Source: Takakia lepidozioides (lineage: Eukaryota; Plantae; Bryophyta). Taken from it: a stretch of DNA of 64,000 nucleotides. This document shows, piece after piece, positions 49,001 to 60,497 of the stretch. The stretch spans positions 12,028,001 through 12,092,000 of the forward strand of contig CM060732.1 of assembly GCA_030704615.1 (NCBI GenBank). The letters run 5' to 3'. Both the position numbers and the translations under genes were made by a program. The notes beneath the pieces were generated by a model. That model ran no database searches and had not been told where the DNA came from. It saw only the letters and a program-made list of their open reading frames with translations. The first letter of the stretch is position 1, and the number at the start of each line of letters is the position of its first letter.

Positions 49001-51960
49001 TCATTGAGTGTCGACCTTCACTGCATATATTGGCTCTTTTCTTGGCTGGTTTCATATTTTCTTGGCTGGTATGCTGTTGGTTGGCTTCTTTCATTTCACG
49101 TGTGTAGTGGAAGGGGAGAAGTACTTTCCTAAGTTCTGCTGCAACAATGTCTTTCTCCAGCCTAGATGTTTCGATGGATACAAATTGAAGTGCTTTGAAT
49201 GTTGCTGCAATACTATAATAAAGTGGAGGGTGCTGAATGCAGTTGGCCTTGCTTCGTGCAGGCATAATCCAGGGAAATGTGGACATAGCTGAAACCCCAT
49301 GATAGCATTTCCAGAGGACGGTGTGGATGGCCTCACAATCCAGCATGCAAAATCCAAGACAATGTGGAGCTGGCTGAATGGGCAAACAGGTTAAGTGGCG
49401 AACAAGCCACGTCACTGGTACATAGTTGCATGCTTACATAGTACATGAAAGCATACTATATGTCATTCCCGAAATTGACCATGTTGATCCATGTATTTTA
49501 CAACAATGCTATCAATAAAAGACCAATGGTTCGCATTGGAAACTCAATCCCCGTAAGTGGCTTGTGCGTGATGCTCAAACTTGTGATTTGAAGGATCTTA
49601 TACCCCAGTTCATTGCAGAGGTGATTGGAAAAGACATTCAGAAGGCAACAGCCGTTATCTATAATCTACAGATCCCCTTCAATTTGATGTGGGAAAGCCG
49701 GCTGGCTGGAGGTCTAGTCTCACTTTCACTCATCTAATGTCAGTGTTGTATCCATTGCAATGTGGAGATGTTTGAAACAACATTGGAGCATTTCCAGAGG
49801 ATGGTCTGGATGGCCTTTCGTGGCGTGTGCCGAATCCATGGCAAGAAAACATTGCAGGCAGAACCCATGGCAATGGTACCAGCACGGGTTGGTCCAAAGC
49901 CAATTGCAACAACAAATGAATAAAGGGTGCTGAAAGGAAAGCACTCCATAATTGATCATAAAATCCACTGTCCAAGCATGATATCTTAATGGGAATGCGA
50001 AGGGAGTGTTACCACCTTAAACTATCATGCATGGTCTATAACTGGAGTGCACAAATCTAGCATATCTAATCTTCATCATCCTCATCTATGTCTGGGTCAC
50101 TACATGTATCACTGTCTTCATCACAGACTTCATCTTGTCCAAGGGTTGGCTGAACATCATCACCACGTATACGGGGTGCTCGGAGGTACAAGGAGGCCAC
50201 CTGCTCTAGAGTAACCGGTACCGCTCGGCTGCATGTTGGGCCATCAATAACCACAGTCTCCTCTAGTCTTTGTGGGGCTAACAATCCTTCCACTTCCGCC
50301 ACATCATCATTATCAATTGATATGTCGCAGACCACTCTACGTGCTCGGGGGCTCTTCTCTAGGATGACTTTCCACCCCGGCTCCTTCACACAATCAGAAA
50401 AAAACACTTGATCAACCTGGCCAGGAAACACAAAAGGTTGCTCAGAAGGTGGAAGCATACGGTTAAAATTGACAAGTGTGAAGCCAGCATCATCCTGCTT
50501 CATTGACATAGGTTGACGACCCACGCGACTCGCCCGTACCCACGAACACAAAAACACTATAGGCTGTGTTTGGCCATAGTCAATTTGCAAAATCTCCCTT
50601 ATAAGACCCACATATCTTGTAGGTTCCTCCATGTCATTGCCTGAATTGTTGGTAATGGGCTGGTGCTGGAAAACAGATGAGACTCCACAATCAAAAGACA
50701 CCATACTTGTTGTGTTCATGCCGGGGGATGTAACCCTGTAATGGTTACCATACGCTGTCATACTCTTGAATGACAGGGCAATAAATGATGGAGGCCTTGA
50801 AAGATCCAGTAATTCCTCACGTGTTGTAGGATCAAGCCCATCTGATTGAATTGAGAGATGATCCCGTACACCTTGAGGGAGCCAAACAGCAAATGGAGGA
50901 CATGGATGCAAATCAGGAGGGTACTGAATTGCCGTGGGATTGCTCATGCCTTCCAACCCTTGCTCCTCACAAAACAAGCGTCGTCTGGCTTCTATCCATG
51001 TGGACTCTGCTTCATATATCCTGTCACAATCCGAGGGTCAGCCAGGAGATTGACAGAGGTGGCGTGGGAGATTTGAAAAGACGCCATATGCCAACTAATG
51101 ATAAATGACTAAAACTTGGAAATCTGAATGTCAATGAAGTAGATTTCTTACCCCAACATGACTGACAGACGAGGATGGTTCTGAATGATGTACTCATGTA
51201 CAATATCACACAGGTCATTCAATTTTTGGGCTTTAGAACTTCCTTCCACAACTTCACGTTCCACAGATTCTGCCTCATTTGCATCCCACACCCTTCGTAC
51301 ACTTCCATCAAATCCTGCCATATACTCTGTGCAAAAACCCAATGCTTCTTCAAATTGGTATCCTTCTGCCATGCTCCCCTCGGGCCTTGCCATGTTTCTT
51401 ACGTAGCCCTTCATATCTTTCATTGCCCGCTCCATGGGGTACATCCAACGAGATGCTACGGGCCCGCATAAGTACAACTCATCCACTAGGTGAACAACCA
51501 GATGTGTCATCACATCAAAAAATGATGGTGGGAACTCCTTCTCTATAAGACACAGAGTGAGAACTGCTTCAGTTCTCAATTCCTCATACTCTACAGGATT
51601 CACCACTTTGGCACACAACTTCTTAAATACACGACATACTCGCAAAATGGCCCTTCGAGTCCAAATCGCAGAGATCGTGGCTCTGCAGCAAAATCCGCAA
51701 ATGTGGTGTCAATGTGTCTCCATGCTTTGCTATCAGCTGGATGTCGAACCAACCCATCTTGGCTCTCATGTCTGTCGTGCCATGTCATGAGGTTAGCGAT
51801 CGATTTACATCGGTACATACGTTTCAACCTTGGAATGACAGGGAAGTGTCGCAATACTTTCTTGGGCACACTTCCACGACCTGGAATGTAACGGGAACTG
51901 CGGCACACTGGGCAAATGTCTACATTCTCATACTCCCCAAGGAAGAGTACACAACCACGC
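43020..51960. repeat. Large inverted duplication: arm 1 ~43020-47374, arm 2 48734-~51960 (arm 2 lacks ~43331-44465)
   Basis: Mirror ORFs with coordinate sum 96108 (46133/49975, 46693/49415). The arm-2 deletion junction reads TGCGATTTGGA|CTCGAAGGG. Confidence 0.95.
50066..51960 (-). pseudogene. Second, inverted, internally deleted copy of the CACTA TNP2-like transposase
   Basis: ORFs 51600-51908, 51148-51645 and 50066-50977 mirror the 43-46 kb copy. Its last exon is intact (303-aa ORF). Confidence 0.9.
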
Positions 51961-51989
51961 TCATTTGGTTTGATTCATACTTGGGCAAG

Positions 51990-53939
51990 TTTCATGGATT
52001 GGCAGGAGGGAAGTCTCGCATATTCTACAGTAGTTGGCAGGATGGATGGCTTGGACAAACTGGTGGAATCACAAGGACGTGAAATGGCAGAATTAAAATT
52101 ACAGATGCAGAGTATGATTGAGTACCAGAAAGCCATTGTGACCAGATTGGGGATTAATCTACCAGGCGCAGGACCAGTGACATCTACGATGGATACGTCT
52201 GCTGTGACAGTATCAAAATGTTTGGAATCCCAGTTTCAGACGGTAACTGGTGCTCACTCTAAGCCCTTATGACTTCCTGTCACTGATGATCTTTTGAATT
52301 TGACCGAGCAGCAGCAGGATACAGGGAAGGCCAGTTGTGAGGTACACGTGGAAATTCAGCCCTTGCCACCTACAAAGGCAATAGCAGCCCAGGGGGCAAT
52401 GGTGACAGAGCCGCCGGGCACACCGGATTCTGGTATCCAGGTATGTGGGAGTTTAGATGGGGAGGAAGATGCAGACGGGGACAAAACAAACAAGCAGGTT
52501 GCTTTAATTTCTCCTGCTCACATGTTGAAGCCAAATGTCAGTTTACTTCCTGGACCAACGAGGAAGCATTTACTAATTCTGGACTTAAATGGTCTGTTAT
52601 GTGAATCTTTTCATTCTGCTAATGGGCCTGCATCCCTTCCCAAAGGATTTGTGGGGAAGATGTGTGGCAAGAAGATGGTAGTTTTGAGACCACGCTGTTA
52701 TGACTTTTTGCAAAAGTGTTTTGAACACTTTGAGGTGGCGGTGTGGTCTTGTTGCCAAGCTCGCAACTTCTTCCCAATGGTGGACTATATTTTTGCAGCC
52801 CACACTAAGCTGGTTTTCCAGTGGGATGCCCTTCACTGTGACGAGGATCCAGTCCTCCCATGCCGTAAGGGGTCTGATTCAAAGCCATTATATTTCAAGA
52901 ACTTGTCTACAGTGTGGGCAGACTGGCCAGAATGGACTTATGAGCACACTGTTCTTGTTGACGACACACCTAGAAAGGCGGCAAACAATCCTCCCTTCAG
53001 TGGGATTTTTCCAGAGCCATGGAAAGTGCAACCAGATTCACCAACTGATGAGTATCTAACAGAGGTGTTGTGGCCTTTCTTGTGGAAGGCATCGAAAGCT
53101 GCCAGTATTCCCAAGTTTTTGGAGTCTCAGCCTGTTTTCGGACAACAACCATACAACACTGCTACTGTGAAGGTACAAACATCCTGACAGTGCTCCAGAG
53201 GCTACATTTTTGTGGATTCATTCATTGCATTGCTTTCCTGGATGCTTCTCCTCGGTTGCTTGATTAATGCTAGGTTTTCTTTGCAGCTTTTTTCATGTTG
53301 GCTTTTTTTGTTTGATTCATACTTGGATTTTGTTTCTATTCACTATTCCTGTTTGCTCATTGTTTTCCTGGTTGTTCTCTGGTCTGTGACACAGGAACTT
53401 GTGACAAACAAAGGTGATATTGTCGACAAGCCGGTACAGACGAGGGGCAAGAGTGTCGACCCGGCGATTAGCCCCCCAAAAGAGGTCTCACCACCACTGG
53501 AGACTGCAAATGGAGTAAGTCCAGGCCGTTGTCTTGTTTGTTTTATTTTTTCCAACCTTGGGGCTCTCTTTAACTCGCAAATGTTGAGTGTCCTAGTCGT
53601 GTGTATGTCATGGGTTTTCACATCGTGTTCTTTTTTGCGTGGAGTTGGGATCACAGTTCAGGGTGGGTGACAAGGTTCGGCTGTTGGATGTGAACTCCAA
53701 ACGCAAAGAAATGTGGAGTAGGGCTGATTCTTGCTCTTCAAGGTGTTGTGGTGGGTTACGGTTACCCTGCTGTGCCCCTTGATTATGCCTGTGTGTACAT
53801 CAAAGAGGCATGTGTCAGTAACACCCCTCTACCATATGTGAATGGTGTTAGGAAACAGACCGAGTTGGGGCAGGTGGTTGGCCAGACAACACTTTGGAGT
53901 CTAAAGTTACTGAAACTTATGGAGCTGCGGAAGGGATAG
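51990..53939 (+). pseudogene. 5'-truncated CACTA second gene (TnpA-like) containing an FCP1/NIF HAD-phosphatase-like domain
   Basis: ORFs 51916-52272 and 52294-53187 share a frame and are split by one TGA. Motifs HLLILDLNGLL, VLRPRCYDFL, FEVAVWS, YFKNLSTVW and TVLVDDTPRKAANNP. Probable further exons ~53395-53515 and ~53661-53939 (PLPY...LGQVVGQTTLW, typical of CACTA ORF2 C-termini). Confidence 0.7.
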
Positions 53940-55115
53940 TCAGTATTGCACTGTTTAACAGAGTTCTTGATTCTAATAGCACTAGAACATACTAGCTACA
54001 ACAATTCAGCCCATGTGTGGGCTTGCTTGTTTTTGGCTGGGCCTTTTGAGGCATGGATTTTTTGACCTTGTGGCTTTTGAGGTGTCCATTGGGATATTGG
54101 TCTCATTTGGATTTTTGTAATGTGATTTATAGGGCTTGTATTGCCCTGTAGTTGACTATTTTCATTCTCCTTGTGGTTAATAGTATGCAGGAGGGATCCA
54201 TTCTGTTTTCATGTTGGAATTTCACCATGTAATGAAGATTTTAAGTTATTTAATTCACTTTTATTTTAAATAATAATATTAAAAATAATACCATTAAAAA
54301 AAATCCAAGGCTGCAATCTCCCTGTTCTTTTAAATATTAAATGAAAACTAAAAAATAAAATATGAACATTAAAAATATAAACTATTTCGGAAAACAATCT
54401 TGATGACACATGGCATCACTCGTGCTCAAACCAGAACACGTGGCAGTATATGACACGACATTCTTTATCCATATTTTCACCACGTGTAAAGATCCGTAGT
54501 CATATATGCTAGTCATATATTTTGTCTGTGTGCCACATATCACATCTCAAGTGCAACAGGTGTCCCGCTAACAACTCTCCATGTAGACATCCTTGTAGTC
54601 ATATGAGCAAGTCATGTAGTCACCATGTGTGAAATCTGCCATAGCACACGTGTCTCGCTAGCGCCTCTCCATGTAGGCATCACTGTGCAGACATGTAGTC
54701 ATATGATCATGGCAAGAAGTTGTGACATGTCAAATTCGCAGTGGCGCACGTGTCCATCCGTCGCCTCTCCATGTAGGCATCACTTTGCAGACATATAGTC
54801 ATATGATCCCCTGACGAATGCATGACGTGTCGCTTGCGCAGTGGCGCACGTGTCCCGCTGAAGCCTCTCCATGTAGGCAGCGCTCAATAGATAATGTAGT
54901 CATATATTAGTCATATAGTTGTGACTGCAACCCTTTCTGCAGCAGGACTCCAGGTGCCACGCAAGCAGTCATGGATATGACTTGCAAAACGCAGTCCTAA
55001 AGACTAGTCGCTATGACAGGGCTTTTTTCACTACAGAGTGATGTAGTCATGAACGCATATAAGACTGAAAAAATAGTCATATGTGAAGTCATAAAAACGC
55101 TCATCTGTTGTAGTG

Positions 55116-55260
55116 TTGCCTCCTTTGCCCATTCAGCCATCTCCACATTGCCACGGACTCTGCATGCACCACGCAAGGCCATCCACACCATCCTCTGGAA
55201 ATGCTATAATCAGCCATCTCCACATTGCAATGGATTCTGTCCGCACCAAGCAAGACCAAC
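55116..55260 (-). pseudogene. PLS-class PPR E-domain fragment; related copies ~46200-46350, ~46720-46830 and mirrors
   Basis: VWMALRGACRVRGNVEMAEWAK resembles the E-domain consensus vW.aLLgACr.Hgn.e.a. Confidence 0.7.
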
Positions 55261-55549
55261 TGCATTCAGCAGCTTCCACTTTATTATGTGGAAAACAAAA
55301 ATTATTGCAGCAGAACTTACGTTCGTACTCCTCCCCTTCCACTACACACGGGAAATTTAACCCCTGGTACCTCAACATGCTCCCCTTCAAGCTCTTCCAA
55401 CTCACCAACATGTCGCTCTATCTTTGCTCCCACCTCCTCACTGTATGTGATCCCCATGAAAGCAGCCAAGCAACAAGATACCAGCCAAGAAAACAGCCAA
55501 TGTATGCATTGAACATCGACACTAAACTGAAACTTATCCAGCACTTAAA

Positions 55550-55770
55550 TTAGAGGAGGGAAGCAAGTTCTACCTCCATAAGCTTGCCCACATCAACTCT
55601 GGGAGCTTTCATAATATTTACTTTGTGGATGAAGGTGTTCTGTATAGGATACATACTGGCTAATATCTTCTCAATGTCTTTTCCAATCACCTCTGGAATG
55701 AACTTGGCTACAAGAACCTTCAAATCACAAGTTTGAGCTTCATGCACAATGATCTCCCTCATCTTCCACC
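55550..55770 (-). pseudogene. RPS3a: 40S ribosomal protein S3a (eS1) C-terminal exon fragment; shorter copies at ~46400-46545, ~47150-47265 and their mirrors
   Basis: [57 protein letters not shown] matches the eS1 C-terminal region. Confidence 0.85.
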
Positions 55771-55923
55771 GAAGCAAGCCGAGACATGGTAACACTACTT
55801 ACATCAGGCTGCATATCGCGAAACTGGTGAAGGACCTGCATGGAAATACTGGCTGCATACAATGTTTTGCAGTTTTCCTAACAAGCAACCACCATTGCAA
55901 CCGTCATGTTCTATGGAAAATTT

Positions 55924-55956
<33 letters not shown>

Positions 55957-57299
55957 CTCACACATGAACCTCAAAAATGGACATCAGAGACCTGAAATGC
56001 CTTCATTATCCCCAAAAACTATTGGTTGGTGTACTTGAGGTTCTATTTCTTTCAGAGACTGCCATTCAACTTCTAAGAATTGCATCATTTTGTCGAAGAG
56101 CCCTAGAAATTGTCTAACATTTTTGAAATTGTGCGTAGCAAGTGCGCTTAATGTGGTTGGGTCGCTTCTTTGTGAAGCCAATGCAGAAAATCCGCAATAT
56201 GTAATTGTCTATTGTTTTCACATCCACAAGTGACTCTATCAGACTCTACCATTTCCACAGCAACCTCCATCAACTTGTCTGTGGTGAAATTTATTCCCTG
56301 GACCAATCCCAAGTCAATTTACAACACGGCCTTTAACCCTGACAACAAAAAAAACTCACTTTAGAGTGCCAAAAGACACAGATTTACCTGAGAATAAGCA
56401 CTTCAATTTCGCTATGATGTACGGAGTGATAAGAGCCCCATACTAGAAGCAGCACTGCACCCACTTAAAATGAGAGTAACCTAAAAGTTAGTGAGGACAT
56501 TGCGACCCTGCACATTCTTGGTGAAGCCAGTTTGGCAATTCGCAGAGAGAACACATATACTGGCGGCCAGCTTCAACCTTTCCTTTGTAATATCTTCCAT
56601 TATTTGACCGGCCAACTTGTGATGACGACAATGCTACCCATATCCTAACATCATTGCATTCGAAAAGAATTCCCAAAATCAAGATCATGAGGGGATATGT
56701 GAAGTTCCCTTTGGAACCTTCCACATAGAATGAAGGGTTTGACAGCGAAATAAGGACAAAAAGGGGGAGGAAGATGCAGGTTCCGATTGGGATTTTGCAT
56801 CGGGCCTGTAGCTTCATGATGGTGATTGGTTATAACTGCTAATGGAAGAGATGTAGACTTGGCTTTAAACGTTTCGATTATAACTTACCAATCTGACACC
56901 AGATAACCTTTGTAAATCCTATCGAACTCTCCCTTCGAATTCGCATCGTTGATGCTTCCATACATGTCCATGAAGGTAACGTTCCAAATTTCTTCAACTA
57001 GATGCAGTTCTCGCCTATGAGATGATCACCATGCTATCTTGCAATCATCGCATTTGAAGACACGACCCGTCGTTCAGCCATACTGTCGCACATTCCCTCT
57101 CTGCAAACTCCACATTCCAAATGGCATCCTCTGCAGACTCTCACTTTACAGACTCAATGAAGAATGCGACTTAGTGCTCTACGGTAACTACAAAATGCTT
57201 GAGCTATATCAAACCAATAGGAAACTAACACATGTACTAAGCTGATAGGATTTCGGCAAACATGGATGGATGAGCTCATCCAATGGATGGATCCATTCA

Positions 57300-57809
57300 T
57301 GTATATGTCTTCAAAATGACACGTGTACTAATAAAGTCATATAAATGCCTCTAAAATGCCACGTGTAGTGATGTAGTCATATATATAGAGTCATGAATCA
57401 ATATGCAGTCAGACAGTCATAAGTTTACATGCCATGTCATGCTGTGGATGAACTCGTCCAATGGATGAATACATTTGTGTATTTGCCTTTGAAATGACAC
57501 GTGTAGCGATGTAGTCGTATAATTAGAGCTATGAAACCATCTCCAGTCATGGAGTCATAACATTCCATGAAACGTCGTCCACGTGTAGTCAAACATATCA
57601 CACTAGTCATATAAACCATCCCTGTCATTGTGGTCAACAATGTTTGACCAAAGCTTCCTAACTTTCCGGAGTCATGTAGTGATATCCGGCGTCATGTAGT
57701 GATAAAACTATGACTGCAACGCATTTCAGCGCTCTGTAGTCATCTACCTAGTGGAGTTTTTATGACTCCGCCAAAGCCGTAGTCCTAAAAACGCTCATCT
57801 CTTGTAGTG
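57300..57809 (-). mobile_element. Orphan CACTA terminus, close relative of the 47432 end, inserted in a PPR fragment
   Basis: Ends GTCCTAAAAACGCTCATCTCTTGTAGTG at 57809; 57440-57809 is an inverted near-copy of 47432-47760. I found no partner end with a matching TSD. Confidence 0.85.
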
Positions 57810-59580
57810 ATTTGTACCAGATGTCATTATGAACACTGCCCTGGTGGACATGTATGCCAAATGTGGGTGCAGCAAGCCTGATGCAAAGGGGGAGTTCGAC
57901 AATATGGCTGAACGAGATGTGGTGTTCTGGAATGCCATGACTGCAAGGTATGTGCAGCATGGGTATGGGATTAAGGCTTTGGAAACCTTAGAGCAAATGA
58001 TGTGGGAAGGGATGAAGGCAGACCGGGTCGTGTTCATTTGTGTTTATAATATGCATATGCGAGCTTAGCAGCCCTGGGAATGGTCAAAGAGGTTCATGGT
58101 GACATTATCAAAGTTGGAATTGAACCAGATGTCATTCTGAATATTCCCCTGGTGTACATCTATGCTCACCAAGTGTTCAATAGAATCCCTCAACGATCTT
58201 TGATAATGTGGAATATAATGTTGGCAGGATTTACCAAGCATGGGTTGGTAGGAATGCTTTGGAGACCTATGACCAAATGTTGTGCGAAGGGTTGAAGCCC
58301 AACCGCAGCACATTTGCTTGTGTTTGCAATGCGTGTGCAAGCCTGGGAGCGTTCTGTTGTAGTGAATACTTTTCTGACCCCAGTCAACGGTGGGACAATC
58401 AAGGCAAAAAGGTGAATTCCTGTTGGATTACAGAGAGTAGAAGATGCAATTGAGCATAGGAACTAATGTGATAAGTTGAGTTGGGTGTTTCCTAGAACAA
58501 TTCGAGGCTTTCATTATCAGCTGCTAGCAGCAAGGCAAGGGTGAATGCATGATTTTGGCAGAGGCATGGATAGCTGAAGGAGCAGGGATAGAGTGTGGGT
58601 CCAGATTCATCGAAGAAGGCCGGACTTCAAGCTCCTATGATTCAATAGCTACTAGCAACCTGCATGGATAGATGGTCAATTGGAAGCTGTAGCAGTAGCG
58701 GTGGAATTGATAAATCAGGCACTACTAATGAAGGCACCTTCTTCATTTCACCCTGTTTTTCCTTCTTATCAGAATTGACCCTAAGTTTCCATGTTGAATT
58801 CTGCATGCTAGCTGGTTGAGTGAACCTTTGATAGTTTGGAGTGACTTGACATGATACTGCCAATGTGACAACAGGAAAGCATCCAGAAACAGATAACAGA
58901 GCTGAGGAGAAGCTGTGGAATGAATACTTTTCTTACCCAGTCAATGGTGGGACAATCCAGGCAAGAAGGTGAATGTTTGTCTGATTATAGAGAGTAGCAG
59001 ATGCAATTGAGCATAGGAACTAGTGTGATAAGTTGAGTTGGGTGTTTCCTAGAATAAATCTAGGCTGTCATCGTCAGCTGCTAGTAGCAAGGCTAGGATG
59101 TATGCATGATTTATGCGTAGGCATGGATAGCTGAAGGAGTAGGGATAGAGTGTGGGTCCAGATTCATCCAAGAGGGCCAGAAAGAGGGTTCTGGTGACAT
59201 TGTCAAAGCTGGAATTGTACCGGATGTCATTCTGAACACTGCCCTGGTGACATGTATGCCAAATGTGGGTGCATTAAGGATGCGAAGGGAGTTTTCAACA
59301 CTATGGCTGAACGAGATGTGGTGTCATGGAACGCGATGCTTGCAGGGTATGCACAGTTGGGCGGACGTGGTATGGAGGCTTTGGAGACCTATGATCAAAT
59401 GATGGGGGAAGGGGTGAAGCCTGACCACATCACATTTTTGTGCATTTGCGATGCATGTGCAAGCCTGACAGCTCTGGAAAGGGCATAGAAGTCCATGGCA
59501 ACATTGTCAGAGCTGGAATTTTACCAAATGTCATTCTGAACAATACCCTTGTGGACATGTACATGCAAAATGTGGGTGCA
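57810..59580 (+). pseudogene. Tandem degenerate PLS-class PPR fragments
   Basis: NTALVDMYAKCG...ERDVVFWNAM, MYAKCGCIKDAKGVFNTMAERDVVSWNAMLAGYAQ and GVKPDHITF, frameshifted and interleaved with a duplicated ~250-bp non-coding block also seen near 48390-48720. Confidence 0.88.
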
Positions 59581-59929
59581 CCCTATCCTGCTGATTTGTT
59601 GTTATGCTGGAACAGTAGCAAACGTAGAAAGGCATACGCATTTTACATCTGTTACTATCTTCAGTGCATATGTAGTGTCCTTTGCACTTTGTCATACTAT
59701 TGTTTGAGGAGCAGATTTTGGGACATATGTGCTATATTGTAAATTTGACTGGCAGCAGTTTAAGAGAAGCTCTTACATCTATTGTTGTCTTTATGTTCTT
59801 TCCTGTGATTCTTGCCTGTGAATAAAGCATTCATTTGCAGAGTCATTTTTTGTGTCTTTGTTCTTCCCTTTGTTATTCTCTTTGTTTAATATTGAATAAT
59901 ACTAACCCTAATCTCTACTAACCCTAATG

Positions 59930-60497
59930 AGATAAGCATAGTCGTGGCTCTACCTGTCCAATACATTTAAAAGTTCAAAACAACCCCTCATATGACACCA
60001 CGTGTCCATATATCAGCATGTCATAGTCAGGATCATGACTGCAAGACCTCCTCAATACATGCCACGTATCCACATATCAGGATGTTTGTAGTCATGACAA
60101 TGACTGCAAGACCTCCTCATTATATGCCACGTATCCATATATTAGCATGGTTGTAGTCAGGATAATGACTGCAGATCCTCCTCATGGATATGCCACGTGG
60201 CAGTTTCGGGAGACGCCATATGGCGCACATCCACAAAACCTCCTGGACTTATTAGAAAGAGACGTGTACAGTTTGCAGCAGCACACTAAGTCATGTATGG
60301 TAGAAGTACGTATGACTGCCACATGACAGTGAGATGTATCACTTAGTTCATCTGACTGCAGTCATCCATGACCGACCATACTGTACTCATTGTATTGACT
60401 TGGTTTGCACGACTTAAAGTCATAGAAGTCATATGTACCGTTTATGACCATGGGATAATCATATATACAGTCATATATACCGCGATCTGTTGTAGTG
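59930..60497. mobile_element. Orphan CACTA terminus with subterminal repeats, abutting and truncating the LINE
   Basis: Ends GATCTGTTGTAGTG at 60497, preceded by ~60-bp tandem units (ATGACTGCAAGACCTCCTCA...GCCACGT). Confidence 0.75.

Larger units (their letters stand above)
47432..55115. mobile_element. CACTA element, 7684 bp, rearranged and non-autonomous
   Basis: TIRs CACTACAAGAGATGAGCGTTTTTA and TAAAAACGCTCATCTGTTGTAGTG, 3-bp TSD TTG on both sides. The joined flanks reconstruct the repeat seen uninterrupted at ~46690-46750. Subterminal GTAGTCATAT-type repeats. Confidence 0.93.

Noticed and set aside
46133-49975. Identical mirror ORFs (81-145 aa) as real duplicated genes
   Set aside because: They are chance or antisense frames over PPR/RPS3a fragments, duplicated by the inverted repeat.
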